NCBI GenBank assembly: GCA_046350315.1
Contig: JAXMAP010000002.1
Location: 1,824,390 to 1,888,389, forward strand
Direction of reading: 5' to 3'
Length of the DNA: 64,000 bases
From: Phycisphaerae bacterium
Lineage (GTDB): Bacteria; Planctomycetota; Phycisphaerae; UBA1845; Fen-1342
Shown here in pieces: positions 16,061 through 25,795 of the stretch. Numbering within the stretch: position 1 is the first letter of the stretch; the number at the start of each line of letters is the position of its first letter. Under the pieces are notes generated by a model. That model saw nothing but the letters and a program-made list of their open reading frames with translations. It did not search any database and was not told the DNA's origin. The position numbers and the translations under genes are program-made.

Positions 16061-16546
16061 ATGCCAATGCCGGCCCATATGACCCTCGAAGGCGAGAATC
16101 AGGGCAATATCGAAGGTTCGTGCGAGATGCAGGGTCGCGAAAATACGATCCTGATCGAAGCGTTCAATCACGAAGTGCGCATCCCGCGCGACCCGCAGAG
16201 CGGCCTGTCGACCGGCAAGCGCATCCACAACGCCCTGTCGGTGGTCAAGGTCTACGACAAGAGCTCGCCCAAGCTGTATCAGGCGTTGTGCACGGGTGAG
16301 CACATGAAGAACGTGACGGTCAAGTGGTATCGCATCGACCCGAGCGGCCAGGAAGAGCACTATTTTACGCACACGCTCGAGGACGCGATCATCGTCAACG
16401 TCCGCCCCTGGATGCCCAACTGCCTCGATCCGCAGACCGAGAGCTACACCCACATGGAAGAGATCAGCTTCACCTACAAGAAGATTCGCTGGACTTGGGA
16501 AATCGACGGCATCGAGTCCGAGGATAGCTGGATCGTGCCGAAGTAG
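16061..16546 (+). CDS. hcp: Type VI secretion system tube protein Hcp (TssD).
   Basis: 161 aa. MPMPAHMTLEGENQGNIEGSCEMQGRENTILIEAFNHEVRIPRDPQSGLSTGKRIHNALSVVKVYDKSSPKLYQALCTGEH... matches the conserved Hcp1 N-terminal pattern (AHMTLEGE-QG-I-GS ... F-H-V-IPRD-QSG ... GKR-H ... DKSSP-L). Confidence 0.85.
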   Translation: MPMPAHMTLEGENQGNIEGSCEMQGRENTILIEAFNHEVRIPRDPQSGLSTGKRIHNALSVVKVYDKSSPKLYQALCTGEHMKNVTVKWYRIDPSGQEEHYFTHTLEDAIIVNVRPWMPNCLDPQTESYTHMEEISFTYKKIRWTWEIDGIESEDSWIVPK

Positions 16547-16736
16547 TTCGAACTTAACCCCCGGCGCGCCGGCGGATCAAAACGCCGGCCGCCGAGGCGA
16601 GCCGGCGCGCCGCGGCCCCGCAACTTGTAACGCCGCGGCGCGCAATACCCAAACTTCGATGCCTCCGCAGGGCGAAGAAGGCGGCCGTCTCCGGCAGCGG
16701 GTCGGAGCGGCCGTGCCTTTTTTCATTCGTGCACGC

Positions 16737-17147
16737 CTACTTCAACCGCACCAGCCGGCCCTTGCGCTTCATGATGTTCTTGTAGTCCCACTGGATCTCG
16801 ATCGACTTCTTGAGCCAACGCTTGAGATCCTTCGCGACGATCTGATCATCCGATTTGAACCGCGCTTCGGCGGCCTTGAACGAGCCCTCCGGCGCGAGTC
16901 CGGGCTCGTCAAACGACTGGCCGCTCCAGAACAACAGACGCATGCAATCCTTCAGCTTGCTGTAGCCGGCGATCGGGTTGCCATCGAGAAACCACACCGG
17001 GTGGCGATGCCAGATCTTGCACTCCGCGCCCGGCAGATTCTCATCGATGGTCCGCGCGAGTCTGTCGCAGAGGAGCTTGTCGTCGGCCGACTGAGCCGCG
17101 TTGTACGCGCCGATGTCCTTGTGGATAGGCATGCTCGGTCCTTTCAT
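16737..17147 (-). CDS. DUF1801 (YdhG-like) family protein.
   Basis: 136 aa. HRHPVWFLDGNPIAGYSKLKDCMRLLFWSG resembles the DUF1801 core. Convergent with hcp. Confidence 0.55.
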   Translation of the reverse strand: MKGPSMPIHKDIGAYNAAQSADDKLLCDRLARTIDENLPGAECKIWHRHPVWFLDGNPIAGYSKLKDCMRLLFWSGQSFDEPGLAPEGSFKAAEARFKSDDQIVAKDLKRWLKKSIEIQWDYKNIMKRKGRLVRLK

Positions 17148-17206
17148 GAATGGCCTGTGCGGCGCACGAACGTCAGCGAGTCAGTCAAAACACTCGGCAA
17201 GCGCGG

Positions 17207-17965
17207 TCATTCGTTCGGCGCGCCGATCTCGCAGCAGACAATTCGGTAGCCCAAATCCAGCGCGTCCAAATTCAGTAGATGACGATTGCGCTCCGCCCAG
17301 CGCCCGCTCGAGAGATCGGCGCGGAGCTTCGCAAGACCGGCCAGGGCATCCAACCGCGCGAAACGCGAGATGGCGTTGCGCCGATCGGCGCTGAGGTAGC
17401 ATTCCGGCCTGCGCCAGTACGCACATAAGAAGCCATCGGTGCAGTCGTGCGGAACGGGCACCGGCGTTATGTGCGCCGGCCCGATTCGCCGCTCCAGCAT
17501 CGCAGCGAGCGCGGCGGTGCTCGGAAAGATCGTTCGATCGTAAGCGAGAATCTCAGGAAAGTAATCTTCCGTCAGCCAGAACGACGCCGTATCCGGAATC
17601 CAGGTGAGCAAGACGGCGCGCTTTCGCGCAACCCGCGCCATCTCAGCCAGGCCGCGCTCAAGGTCGCTCCAATGGTGAACGCTGAGAATCGCCATCGCGG
17701 CATCGACACACGCCGTCCGCAACGGCAGCGCCTCCGCGGATGCTCGAACGCAGGGCGCGGCCGCGAATCCGCGCTGTTGGATCATCACTCCGGACGGCTC
17801 GACCGCGATCACCGTTCGGTCGGGCGGCTCGTAAGAGCCCGTCCCGGCGCCGATGTTCACAACGCTGACGGCGTCTCTGAGCGCAGCCTCGATGATCGCG
17901 GTGATTCGCGGATCCGGCCGCCGGTGCCCCGCGTAGCCGTGGCCGATGCTGTCGTATAGAGCCAA
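17207..17965 (-). CDS. Class I SAM-dependent methyltransferase.
   Basis: Motif I VVNIGAGTGSYEP, Rossmann-fold spacing. Confidence 0.7.
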   Translation of the reverse strand: MALYDSIGHGYAGHRRPDPRITAIIEAALRDAVSVVNIGAGTGSYEPPDRTVIAVEPSGVMIQQRGFAAAPCVRASAEALPLRTACVDAAMAILSVHHWSDLERGLAEMARVARKRAVLLTWIPDTASFWLTEDYFPEILAYDRTIFPSTAALAAMLERRIGPAHITPVPVPHDCTDGFLCAYWRRPECYLSADRRNAISRFARLDALAGLAKLRADLSSGRWAERNRHLLNLDALDLGYRIVCCEIGAPNE

Positions 17966-18363
17966 GTGGCGCGCCTCTCAAAGCCACCGCAAGCGAGCAC
18001 GTCTGTGTCAGGCCCTGTCATCTTAGGTGAAACTTCGCGACTGGCCGAACTCGCAGCGCCAGGAATCCGGTCTTCCGCTGCTTTGCGTCGCGGGGCCGGG
18101 CGTCGCTACCGCGCGTGTTCAGGCTCGGCGCATTTTCCGCGATGCCTGCAGGCAACTTCCGCGCCGCGGCGCGTCAGAACCCGGCTACGTACCGGAAAAC
18201 TCAGCATTCGCGCCGTGGAATGCAGTTTGCCCAGCGCCTGACCGATACGACCCGAGCAGCACCGCCGCGCAATCGCCGCAAAACGCGCCAGCGCGCGGTG
18301 GACTCCCATTCGTGCCGCGCTCGTCTCGATTCGCGCAGCGTTTGCGCCCACAGGAGGATCAAA

Positions 18364-21300
18364 TGGGCACGATCAGTTCCGGCGTCGGCCTGGTCTCCGG
18401 GCTGGACATTCAGGGATTGGTGAATCAGCTTATCGCGATTGACGCGCGACCCAAAGACTTGCTCAGCAGGCGAGTCGCGACCATCGACGGCCAGCGCACC
18501 GCTCTGCTCGATGTCTCGGCGCGAATCTCGGCCCTGCTCTCGCGCGTCAACACGCTCGCGCTGCGCAGCACGTTCACGGCGACGAAAGTGAATGCGTCGG
18601 ACAACAACGTCCTGACCGCGACCGCCACTGGGCAGCCGGTCACCGGCTCGCACAGTTTCATCGTCCGCGCACTAGCCGCCTCGCAGCAGGTCGTCAGCCA
18701 GGGTTTCCGCGCCCGCGATCTGCCTTTGCCCGCCGGCTCGCTTTCGATCGAATCCGCCGCGGCGCGCGTAAACCGCCAGACGCGTCTGGAAGAGCTGAAC
18801 GGCTATTCCGGCGTGCAGCGCGGCTCGTTCAACATCACCGACGGGGCTGGGGTCACCAAGACCATCAACCTCACCGACGCCGCAACGGTGCAGGACGTAC
18901 TCGATCGCGTCAATTCGGCCGGCTTCGGCATCCATGCGTCATTGCAAGGCGACGCGATCAAGCTCACCGACTCGGGCGGCGGGACAATCCAAATCCAGGA
19001 GGTCGCCGGTGGGCACGTCGCCTCCGATCTGGGATTTCCGGCGACCAACTCCAGCGCCACTGGGAGCCTGGTCGGCGGCACGTTGATGTACCTGGCGTCG
19101 AACACCCCTTCCAGCGCGCTGAACGACGGACTTGGCATTCGTGCCCAGAACGGCGGAGACTTTCGTATCTCTGGCGGGTCGGCGACCGGCCAACGCTTCG
19201 ACTTCACCGTCGATCTCACGTCGACGCTCTCCACGTCGACGCGCATCGAACGGCTGAATCATGCCGTCGGGGCGAGCCTGGGCCGAATCAAGATCACCAA
19301 GTCGGATCAATCGTTCGTCGAGGTCGATCTGACCGGGCTGCACACCATCGGCGAGATCATGTCGGCGATTGAAAGCGCGGCGTCGGGCGTCACCGTCACG
19401 CCGGTAAACGGCAAACTCGCCGTCGCCTACTCCGACAATCGCACCGGCAAGCTGAAGATCGAAGACGTCACCGGCCACGCGGCGCGCGATCTGGGAATCA
19501 CCGGTGACACGGAGACCGGCAAGATCACCGGGCGCGAGATTCTGAAGGTCGATTCGATGGCTGACATCGTGGCCGCGGTGAATTACGCAGGCGGTAACGA
19601 TGGTTCGATCACCGCCGCCCTCGCCGGCGACAAGCTGACAATCAGCGGCACGTCGAGTTTTCAGATCGCGGAGGTGAGCAATTCAAAGGCGCTCGGCGAT
19701 CTGGGTTTGTCCGCCGGATCGTTTGGTCCAGCAAACGCCGCCCAGGGTCGGCGAATCGTGGGCGGCATCGACACGGTACTGCTTCAAACGTTGAACGGCG
19801 GGGCGGGAATTCAGGGCGGCGTGATTCGGCTGGACGTGAACGGCGCGATCGCTGACGTCGATCTGACCGGCGTAACGACGCTGCGCGGGGCGATCGAGGC
19901 GATCAACGCCGCGTCGCAATCCGCGAACCTCGGCGTCACGGCCGGCTACGACTCGACCGGAACGCGATTGACCGTCACGAGCACCAACAACGGCGTCGTG
20001 AAAGTGGACGACATCTCCGGCAACATGGCGGCGCAGCTAGGCATCGTCGCTACCGGCGCGAGCATTCGCGGCGCGAATCTCCAACGCCGATACGTGTCCG
20101 AAAACACGCTTCTGAGCGACTTGAACGCGGGCCGAGGCGTCACCCTCGGCAAGATTAAGGTCACGAATTCGCTCGGCGTCACCACGTCGATCGACCTCAC
20201 GCCGGGCTCGCCGACCACGCTCGGACAAATCCTCAATCGCATCAACGCCTCCGGCTCGGGCGTTACGGCGGCGATCAACGCGACCGGTGATGGCATCGCG
20301 CTCACCGACAGCGCCGGTGGGACGTCACCGATGAAGGTCGAAGACGACGGCGGCGTCGCGGCGCGAGACTTGAACATTCGCGGCACGGCGACCGGAACGG
20401 TGCTTGACGGTTCCTACGAATTCTCGCTGACGCTCACCGGCGCTGAAACACTCGACGACGTCGCAAGCCTCATCAACGCACGGAGCAACATCGTCGGGGC
20501 GACGGTCGTCAACGATGGCAACACGGTTTCGCCATACCGACTCAGCCTCGCGGCGCGCTCCAGCGGCCTGGCGGGCGAATTGATCCTCGACGGCGGCGGC
20601 GCGTTCGATTTCACCACCGTTAGCGCGGCGCGCGACGCACAGGTTGTGGTCGGTAATCAGTCCGGCGGGCTGCTGGTGACCAGTTCGACCAACACGCTGA
20701 ATGACGTTGTGCCCGGGTTGACGCTTAATTTGCTCGGGACGAGCACCAGCGCCGTAACAGTCACCGTCGATCGCGATACGGACACGATGTTCGAAACGGT
20801 GAACGGGCTGGTTTCCGCGTTCAACGCCGTCACGTCGCGAATCGACGAGCTCGACAGCTACAACACCAGCACCGAAACCGCTGGGGCCCTGTTCGGCGAC
20901 GCCGCTGTGCGCGCGGTCGAAGGTCGCTTGAATCGTCTGATGAACAGCGTGCTTCCCGGCGGCGTGCTGAGACGGCTTTCGCAGGTTGGAATCACATTGC
21001 GGAACGGCACGCTTTCGCTGGACGAAACGAAGTTCCGCGCCGCGTATGACGCCGATCCCGAGGCGGTCACGGAATTCTTCGCCAATGACGCGGCCGGCAT
21101 GGCCAAGAAGATGCAGACGGAATTGAAGAAGATCACCGACGCCGACGGATTGATCGATCGGCGCAACGACACGCTGGACCATGAGAAAACGCTGCTGAAC
21201 AAGCGCATCTCGGCGCTGGACGAACTGCTGACGCGCAAGCGCGATCGCCTGACGCGGCAGTTCCTGGCCATGGAGCAGGCGCTTTCGAGCCTGCAGTCGC

Positions 21301-21368
21301 AGCAGAACACGCTGGGGTCGCTCGGCGTCAGCGCCGCGTCGACGAGCAGCGTGACTCCACGGGGCTAG
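18364..21368 (+). CDS. fliD: Flagellar filament capping protein FliD (hook-associated protein 2), unusually long (~1000 aa).
   Basis: N-terminus MGTISSGVGLVSGLDIQGLVNQLIAIDARPKDLLSRRVATIDGQRTALLDVSARISAL (FliD_N). C-terminal coiled coil ...LIDRRNDTLDHEKTLLNKRISALDELLTRKRDRLTRQFLAMEQALSSLQSQQNTLGSL (FliD_C). AGGAGG RBS at 18351-18356. The ORF-table start 18027 is an unsupported extension. Confidence 0.8.
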
Positions 21369-21443
21369 CCGCAAGGATCAGCGCCCGAGCGCGGGCGCGG
21401 CGCGTAATTTACGCGGCGGCCTGTTGGGACCGATCGATTCAAT

Positions 21444-21902
21444 ATGAGCGTGAACGTCAAAGCCTCGCAGGAGTATCTGAAAAACGCGGTCATGACCGCG
21501 ACGAACGAGCAGTTGCAACTCATGCTCTACGACGGCGCGGCACGTTTCGCGACCCAGGGCATGGAGGCCATTCGCCGATCGGATTTCGAGGGCTCGCATG
21601 AGGCCCTGACGCGAGCGCAGAAGATCGTCGTCGCGCTTCACGACGGACTGCGCCGCGAGGTCAATCCGCAGCTCGTTGACGAGATGGGCGCGCTTTACGC
21701 GTTCGTCTTTCGGCGTTTGGTTGACGCAAACATGAATCGCGACGTCCAAGCCGCCGAGGACGCGTTGAAGATCCTCCGTCACCTGCGCCAGACCTGGGTG
21801 CTGCTGATGGACAAAGTCGCTTCTGAGCGCGCCAAGTCCTCGCCTGCGCCAACTGATACACCCACCAGCGACAAACCCGCGGCGTTCAGCGTCGAGTGCT
21901 GA
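21444..21902 (+). CDS. fliS: Flagellar export chaperone FliS.
   Basis: EYLKNAVMTATNEQLQLMLYDGAARF...EALTRAQKIVVALHDGL...LYAFVFRRLVDANMNRD match FliS family blocks. Immediately downstream of fliD. Confidence 0.8.
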   Translation: MSVNVKASQEYLKNAVMTATNEQLQLMLYDGAARFATQGMEAIRRSDFEGSHEALTRAQKIVVALHDGLRREVNPQLVDEMGALYAFVFRRLVDANMNRDVQAAEDALKILRHLRQTWVLLMDKVASERAKSSPAPTDTPTSDKPAAFSVEC

Positions 21903-21986
21903 TTCCGCGACCCGTTCGCAGCGCACGCTTCGGAACGCGTACACGTCCGCTACCCTTCATACCGCCGCGCGAATAGAATCCGCCCC

Positions 21987-23114
21987 TTGCGGCCCGGGAT
22001 GCCGGACCAGGCCAGCATTTCTTGGATTCCGGACAGGTTGGAGGAGAAAGTCATGCGTTTCACGTCTCTTGGATTGCGCGCTGTCACGGTGCTGGGTTCG
22101 CTTGGGTTCGCAGCCGGCGCCTACGGCGCGGGGATCACGCTTCAGCAGACGGGCGCGCCATTCAACAACCCCATCGGCGTGGCGTACAACCCGACGAACA
22201 CTTCGCTCATCGTCACGTCGAACTACTCGGGCGGCTCGCCGAACTCGCTGATGCGAATCGACCAGTTCGGAAACACGTCGCCGTGGTCTTCGGCCAGCGG
22301 CTACCCGGGCGAGCGCTATCTCGACATCCCGCGCGCCGTCAATCAGCCGTCGGGTTGGACTAGCGGCGAGACGTTCACGGGAAACGGTCAGGTCGGGCAG
22401 ATCGCTCGCATTTCCGCCAATGGCGCGACCGTGAACTCGAACTGGGTCACGCTCCCGGGCGAAACGGGCCTGCCCGCAGGTCAGTTGCGATTCGACAACA
22501 CCGGAATCTTCAATAATGACCTGATTGTCACCACGACCAGCGGCAACGTCTGGCAGGTCAGCTCGACCGGCAGCCCGACATTGCTGGCGAACCTCGGCAC
22601 CAGCGCCGATTTCGAGGGTCTGGCCGTCGTTCCCAACAATCCAACACGCTACGGTCCGCTCGCCGGGCGGATCATCGTCGGGCATGAGGGGAGCACGGAT
22701 CTCTGGACCGTTGACCCCATCGGCAATGTGAGCCAGTTTCCCAACATCCTGCCCGCACAGTGCGAGGGTTTGCACGTGATCCCCGCCAATGAACACTTCG
22801 TAGGCGTCGATTACCTTGGAGGCTCGATTCTCTGGGCCAATCAGTCCGAATTCGCGCCCTTCGTCGGCGACATCATGGTCGTCAGCGAGATCATCGGCGC
22901 GAACCCTGGCAACCCCAGCGGACTCAACCGGCTGCTTTGGAACGGCTCAGGCTCGTTCGGCTTCTTCACAACATCCCCCATTGGTTTGACGCAGAATTCG
23001 CTTCTGCCCCAACTCTGGGAGGGCTCGACGTTCGCGCCGATCGTCGTGCCCGAGCCCGGCACTGCGATCCTGTTGAGCCTCGCCGGCTTGCTCGCCGCGC
23101 GTCGGTGGCGCTAG
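21987..23114 (+). CDS. Secreted PEP-CTERM-anchored protein (beta-propeller-like, Gly/Ser/Thr/Asn-rich).
   Basis: N-terminal signal peptide (MRFTSLGLRAVTVLGSLGFAAGAYG). C-terminal PEP-CTERM sorting signal VVPEPGTAILLSLAGLLAARRWR. Confidence 0.7.
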   Translation: MRPGMPDQASISWIPDRLEEKVMRFTSLGLRAVTVLGSLGFAAGAYGAGITLQQTGAPFNNPIGVAYNPTNTSLIVTSNYSGGSPNSLMRIDQFGNTSPWSSASGYPGERYLDIPRAVNQPSGWTSGETFTGNGQVGQIARISANGATVNSNWVTLPGETGLPAGQLRFDNTGIFNNDLIVTTTSGNVWQVSSTGSPTLLANLGTSADFEGLAVVPNNPTRYGPLAGRIIVGHEGSTDLWTVDPIGNVSQFPNILPAQCEGLHVIPANEHFVGVDYLGGSILWANQSEFAPFVGDIMVVSEIIGANPGNPSGLNRLLWNGSGSFGFFTTSPIGLTQNSLLPQLWEGSTFAPIVVPEPGTAILLSLAGLLAARRWR

Positions 23115-23127
23115 TGTAGTTGTTCGG

Positions 23128-23215
23128 ACTGTTTGCATCTTATTCTGGGTGGGGCGGGCATCTTGCCCGCCCGTGTCTTGCTGCCGGGCGGGCAAGATGC
23201 CCGCCCCACCCATGA
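23128..23215. terminator. Large perfect nested inverted repeat between convergent genes, candidate bidirectional terminator / cruciform-forming element.
   Basis: tgggtggggcgggcatcttgcccgcccg-[11-nt loop]-cgggcgggcaagatgcccgccccaccca is a 28-bp perfect stem. Each arm is itself a hairpin (gggcgggca-tct-tgcccgccc). There is no U-tract. Confidence 0.45.
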
Positions 23216-23372
23216 TGCACCAATTCTGACCAACTACACTTGTCCCTTAGAAATTCTATTTGGCTCACAGCGCATCAGAACGCGAAGCGCAGGCGAGCGC
23301 AATCCGCAGCCGCGCTCGCTTGCGTCGCGTTCTGACCGCATGGCGCGCATTGGCGCCCGTTGATCAGTTGCC

Positions 23373-24389
23373 TCAGCCCTGATCGTCGAGACTTGTCTTG
23401 TGCCCAAGCGCCCGAAGCTCCGGCACATGATCGGTCACCAGACTGCAGCCGGTGCAGGTCGTCCTCTCGTCCTCCGCCGGCATGTATCCGTCACGAATTA
23501 CTCGCCGCGCGAGTTGAAATCGCTCGTTCTGGAAGACTTCGCGCAGCGGTGCTTCTCGCAGGTCGCCCATCACGTGTTCGGCCTTGAACGCCCTGCAGCA
23601 GAGGTGCACCGCACCATCCCAATCGACCGCCACGTAGCGCCACGGATCGGCGCACAGCACCTCAGGCCGCGGCGGCGTTACGCGCGGCGTCAGCGTGCCG
23701 GTCGCCTCGTCGTAGTGCCGCCCGCCGGCGCCGAAACACCGGAATTCATCCACGCCCAGGTCTGCGGCCATCCGCCGCGCCGTCGCAACTTCATGCACGT
23801 TGTGCGGAAAGACAAGAAACTGCCAGGCGATTAGCGGCGTTCGTCGGCCGGCGCGGCGGCGCGCTTCGATCACCTCGCGCAGCCCGGCGATCGCGCGGTC
23901 CACTTTTCCCAGCACGCGATACTTCGAATACGCCTCTTGTGCGACGCCGTCGATCGAGCCGCTGATCTCGTCCAGCCCGCTCGCCACGATCCGATCCGCC
24001 ATGGGACGGTCGATCAGCGTCATGTTGCTGTGCACAACCGTGGCGATGCGGGTGTCGTGAAACACGCGTGCAATCTCCGGGAAGCTCGGATTCAGCGTCG
24101 GCTCGCCCCAGTGGCAAAGGATCGCCTGGTACAGCACGTCCCCCAGCTCGTCGACGATTCGCCGCGCCAGATCCACCGACATCGCACCTCGAGGGCGCAA
24201 ACCGGGGTGTTTTGGATTGGCCTGAGCCCAGCAGCAGCGGAGATTGCACGCCGCGTGCGGCTCAAGGCGAACATAAGCCGGCGCGGCGTCGAACGTCAGC
24301 GCGCCGCATTCCATCGCATCCTGCAAGCGCTCGAAATTGCCGAGCTTCGCGGGCGCCAAATACTCAGGATGAAGGCGCAGAATCGGCAT
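23373..24389 (-). CDS. Radical SAM enzyme with C-terminal SPASM domain (peptide-/protein-modifying maturase type).
   Basis: CNLRCCW cysteine cluster near the N-terminus (after start MPILRLHPEY). C-terminal Cys-rich SPASM-like region CADPWRYVAVDWDGAVHLCC...CTGCS. The upstream 108-codon ORF-table extension is rejected. Confidence 0.65.
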   Translation of the reverse strand: MPILRLHPEYLAPAKLGNFERLQDAMECGALTFDAAPAYVRLEPHAACNLRCCWAQANPKHPGLRPRGAMSVDLARRIVDELGDVLYQAILCHWGEPTLNPSFPEIARVFHDTRIATVVHSNMTLIDRPMADRIVASGLDEISGSIDGVAQEAYSKYRVLGKVDRAIAGLREVIEARRRAGRRTPLIAWQFLVFPHNVHEVATARRMAADLGVDEFRCFGAGGRHYDEATGTLTPRVTPPRPEVLCADPWRYVAVDWDGAVHLCCRAFKAEHVMGDLREAPLREVFQNERFQLARRVIRDGYMPAEDERTTCTGCSLVTDHVPELRALGHKTSLDDQG

Positions 24390-24610
24390 GACGTCCTGTG
24401 GCGTGGTTCGCAGCGGGGCGCAAACCGGCATCGGCGGCTCCAGCGGGCGGCTGGAGACGTATCGGGATCGCGGCGCGGCTGGTTGAGCGCTGGTAGTCGC
24501 AAACGGGCCGTTAGCGGACTGGGGTCGTCCGCCGGCGTTACAATCCCACGCCTCGCGCATGGATGTCCGCGTGTGTGCAGGTAACTGGACTTGGGAGGTA
24601 ACCGGTCGCG

Positions 24611-25768
24611 ATGAAATGGACGATTCTGCTCGGCACGCTGGCGGTGCTTGCCCTCTTGGCGCGGTTTGTCTCCGCGACGCGCGGCGCTCCCGCGGCTGTG
24701 CCGCAAACGGCACAAGTCGCCCCGGTTCCGCGGAACACCGCAGCCAGTCGCCCGGCCGCGCCGGTTCAGGACATGCCCGCGCGTGTTCCGTTTCGCGGCA
24801 TGGCGTTGCAACTCTCCAGCGCGCACCAGGCGCAAACGCGATATCTGCCGTTGCTGCGCGAAATCGCCGCGCTCGGCGCGAACACGGTGCTGCTGAGCGT
24901 CAGCGGCGAAATGGAACACGCCAAGTCACAGGCCATCTTCATCGATGCCCGCAAGACGCCGTCGCCGGCTGATTTGGTCACGATTTTGCAACAGGCGCGC
25001 GAACTCGGGCTTCAACCGTTCGTCATGCCGATCGTCCTGCTTTCGCATCCGCGCGGCAGCGAGTGGCGCGGCGTGATCGAGCCGCCCGACTGGGACGAGT
25101 GGTGGCGCGACTACCGCGATTTCGTGTTGCACTTCGCGGACGCGGCGGGTGCCGGAGGCGCAGCCGGGTTGATGGTCGGCTCGGAATTGGTCAGCACCGA
25201 GAAGAGCACCGACGAGTGGGTGCGGATCATCGCCGCCGTTCGGGAGCGCTTCGGCGGCAAGCTCGGTTACTCGGCGAATTGGGACCACTACAAGCCGATC
25301 AAGTTCTGGGACAAACTCGATTTCGTCGGAATGACCAGCTACTACACGCTGGCCGACCGCGACAATCCGAGCGTCGACGAGATCGTCAAACGCTGGCAGC
25401 CGATCCGCGACGAGTTGACAGGCTGGTCGAGCAAGATCGGCAAGCCCATCCTTCTCACGGAAGTCGGCTGGTGCAGCCAGGAGGGCGCCGCGCGGGCCCC
25501 GTGGAACTACTACCAGAACCAGCACGCCACCACCGCCGGCCACGAGGAGCAGCGCCGGCTGTACGAGGCGTTCATCAAGGTGTGGGGCGACGCGCCGGAG
25601 CTCACCGGCGTCACGTGGTGGGAATGGTCCGCTTCGCCGGGCGGCGTCGACGACTTCGGCTACACCCCGAAGGGCAAGCCGGCGGAGAAATTGCTTCGCG
25701 AGTGGTTCGCGGCGACGCGCCGCGAGAACAGCGCCGGGGCGACGAACGGAAATGCGCTATTGCGTTGA
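24611..25768 (+). CDS. Secreted TIM-barrel glycoside-hydrolase-like protein (GH5/GH113-like), family uncertain.
   Basis: Signal peptide MKWTILLGTLAVLALLA. Blocks VMPIVLL, GSELVSTE, LLTEVGWCS and TWWEW are reminiscent of clan GH-A hydrolases. Confidence 0.45.
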   Translation: MKWTILLGTLAVLALLARFVSATRGAPAAVPQTAQVAPVPRNTAASRPAAPVQDMPARVPFRGMALQLSSAHQAQTRYLPLLREIAALGANTVLLSVSGEMEHAKSQAIFIDARKTPSPADLVTILQQARELGLQPFVMPIVLLSHPRGSEWRGVIEPPDWDEWWRDYRDFVLHFADAAGAGGAAGLMVGSELVSTEKSTDEWVRIIAAVRERFGGKLGYSANWDHYKPIKFWDKLDFVGMTSYYTLADRDNPSVDEIVKRWQPIRDELTGWSSKIGKPILLTEVGWCSQEGAARAPWNYYQNQHATTAGHEEQRRLYEAFIKVWGDAPELTGVTWWEWSASPGGVDDFGYTPKGKPAEKLLREWFAATRRENSAGATNGNALLR

Positions 25769-25795
25769 AGTCCGTGAATAGATGGAAGCCGGGAG

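Noticed and set aside
18027-18363. 337-nt 5' extension of fliD (start at 18027) and similar upstream extensions of the methyltransferase (26143), MBL hydrolase (36694), ImmA peptidase (9047), integrase (11931), rSAM (24713), CarH-like (47936), IMPase (34447).
   Set aside because: The conserved N-termini of each family begin at internal start codons that carry Shine-Dalgarno sequences. The extensions overlap neighbouring genes or are low-complexity.
22947-23363. Two ORFs (22947-23213- and 23133-23363+) encoding near-identical peptides (…GGAGILPAR…GGQDARPT…).
   Set aside because: They are the two strands of the 28-bp perfect palindrome at 23128-23215, which is a mirror artefact and not a coding sequence.
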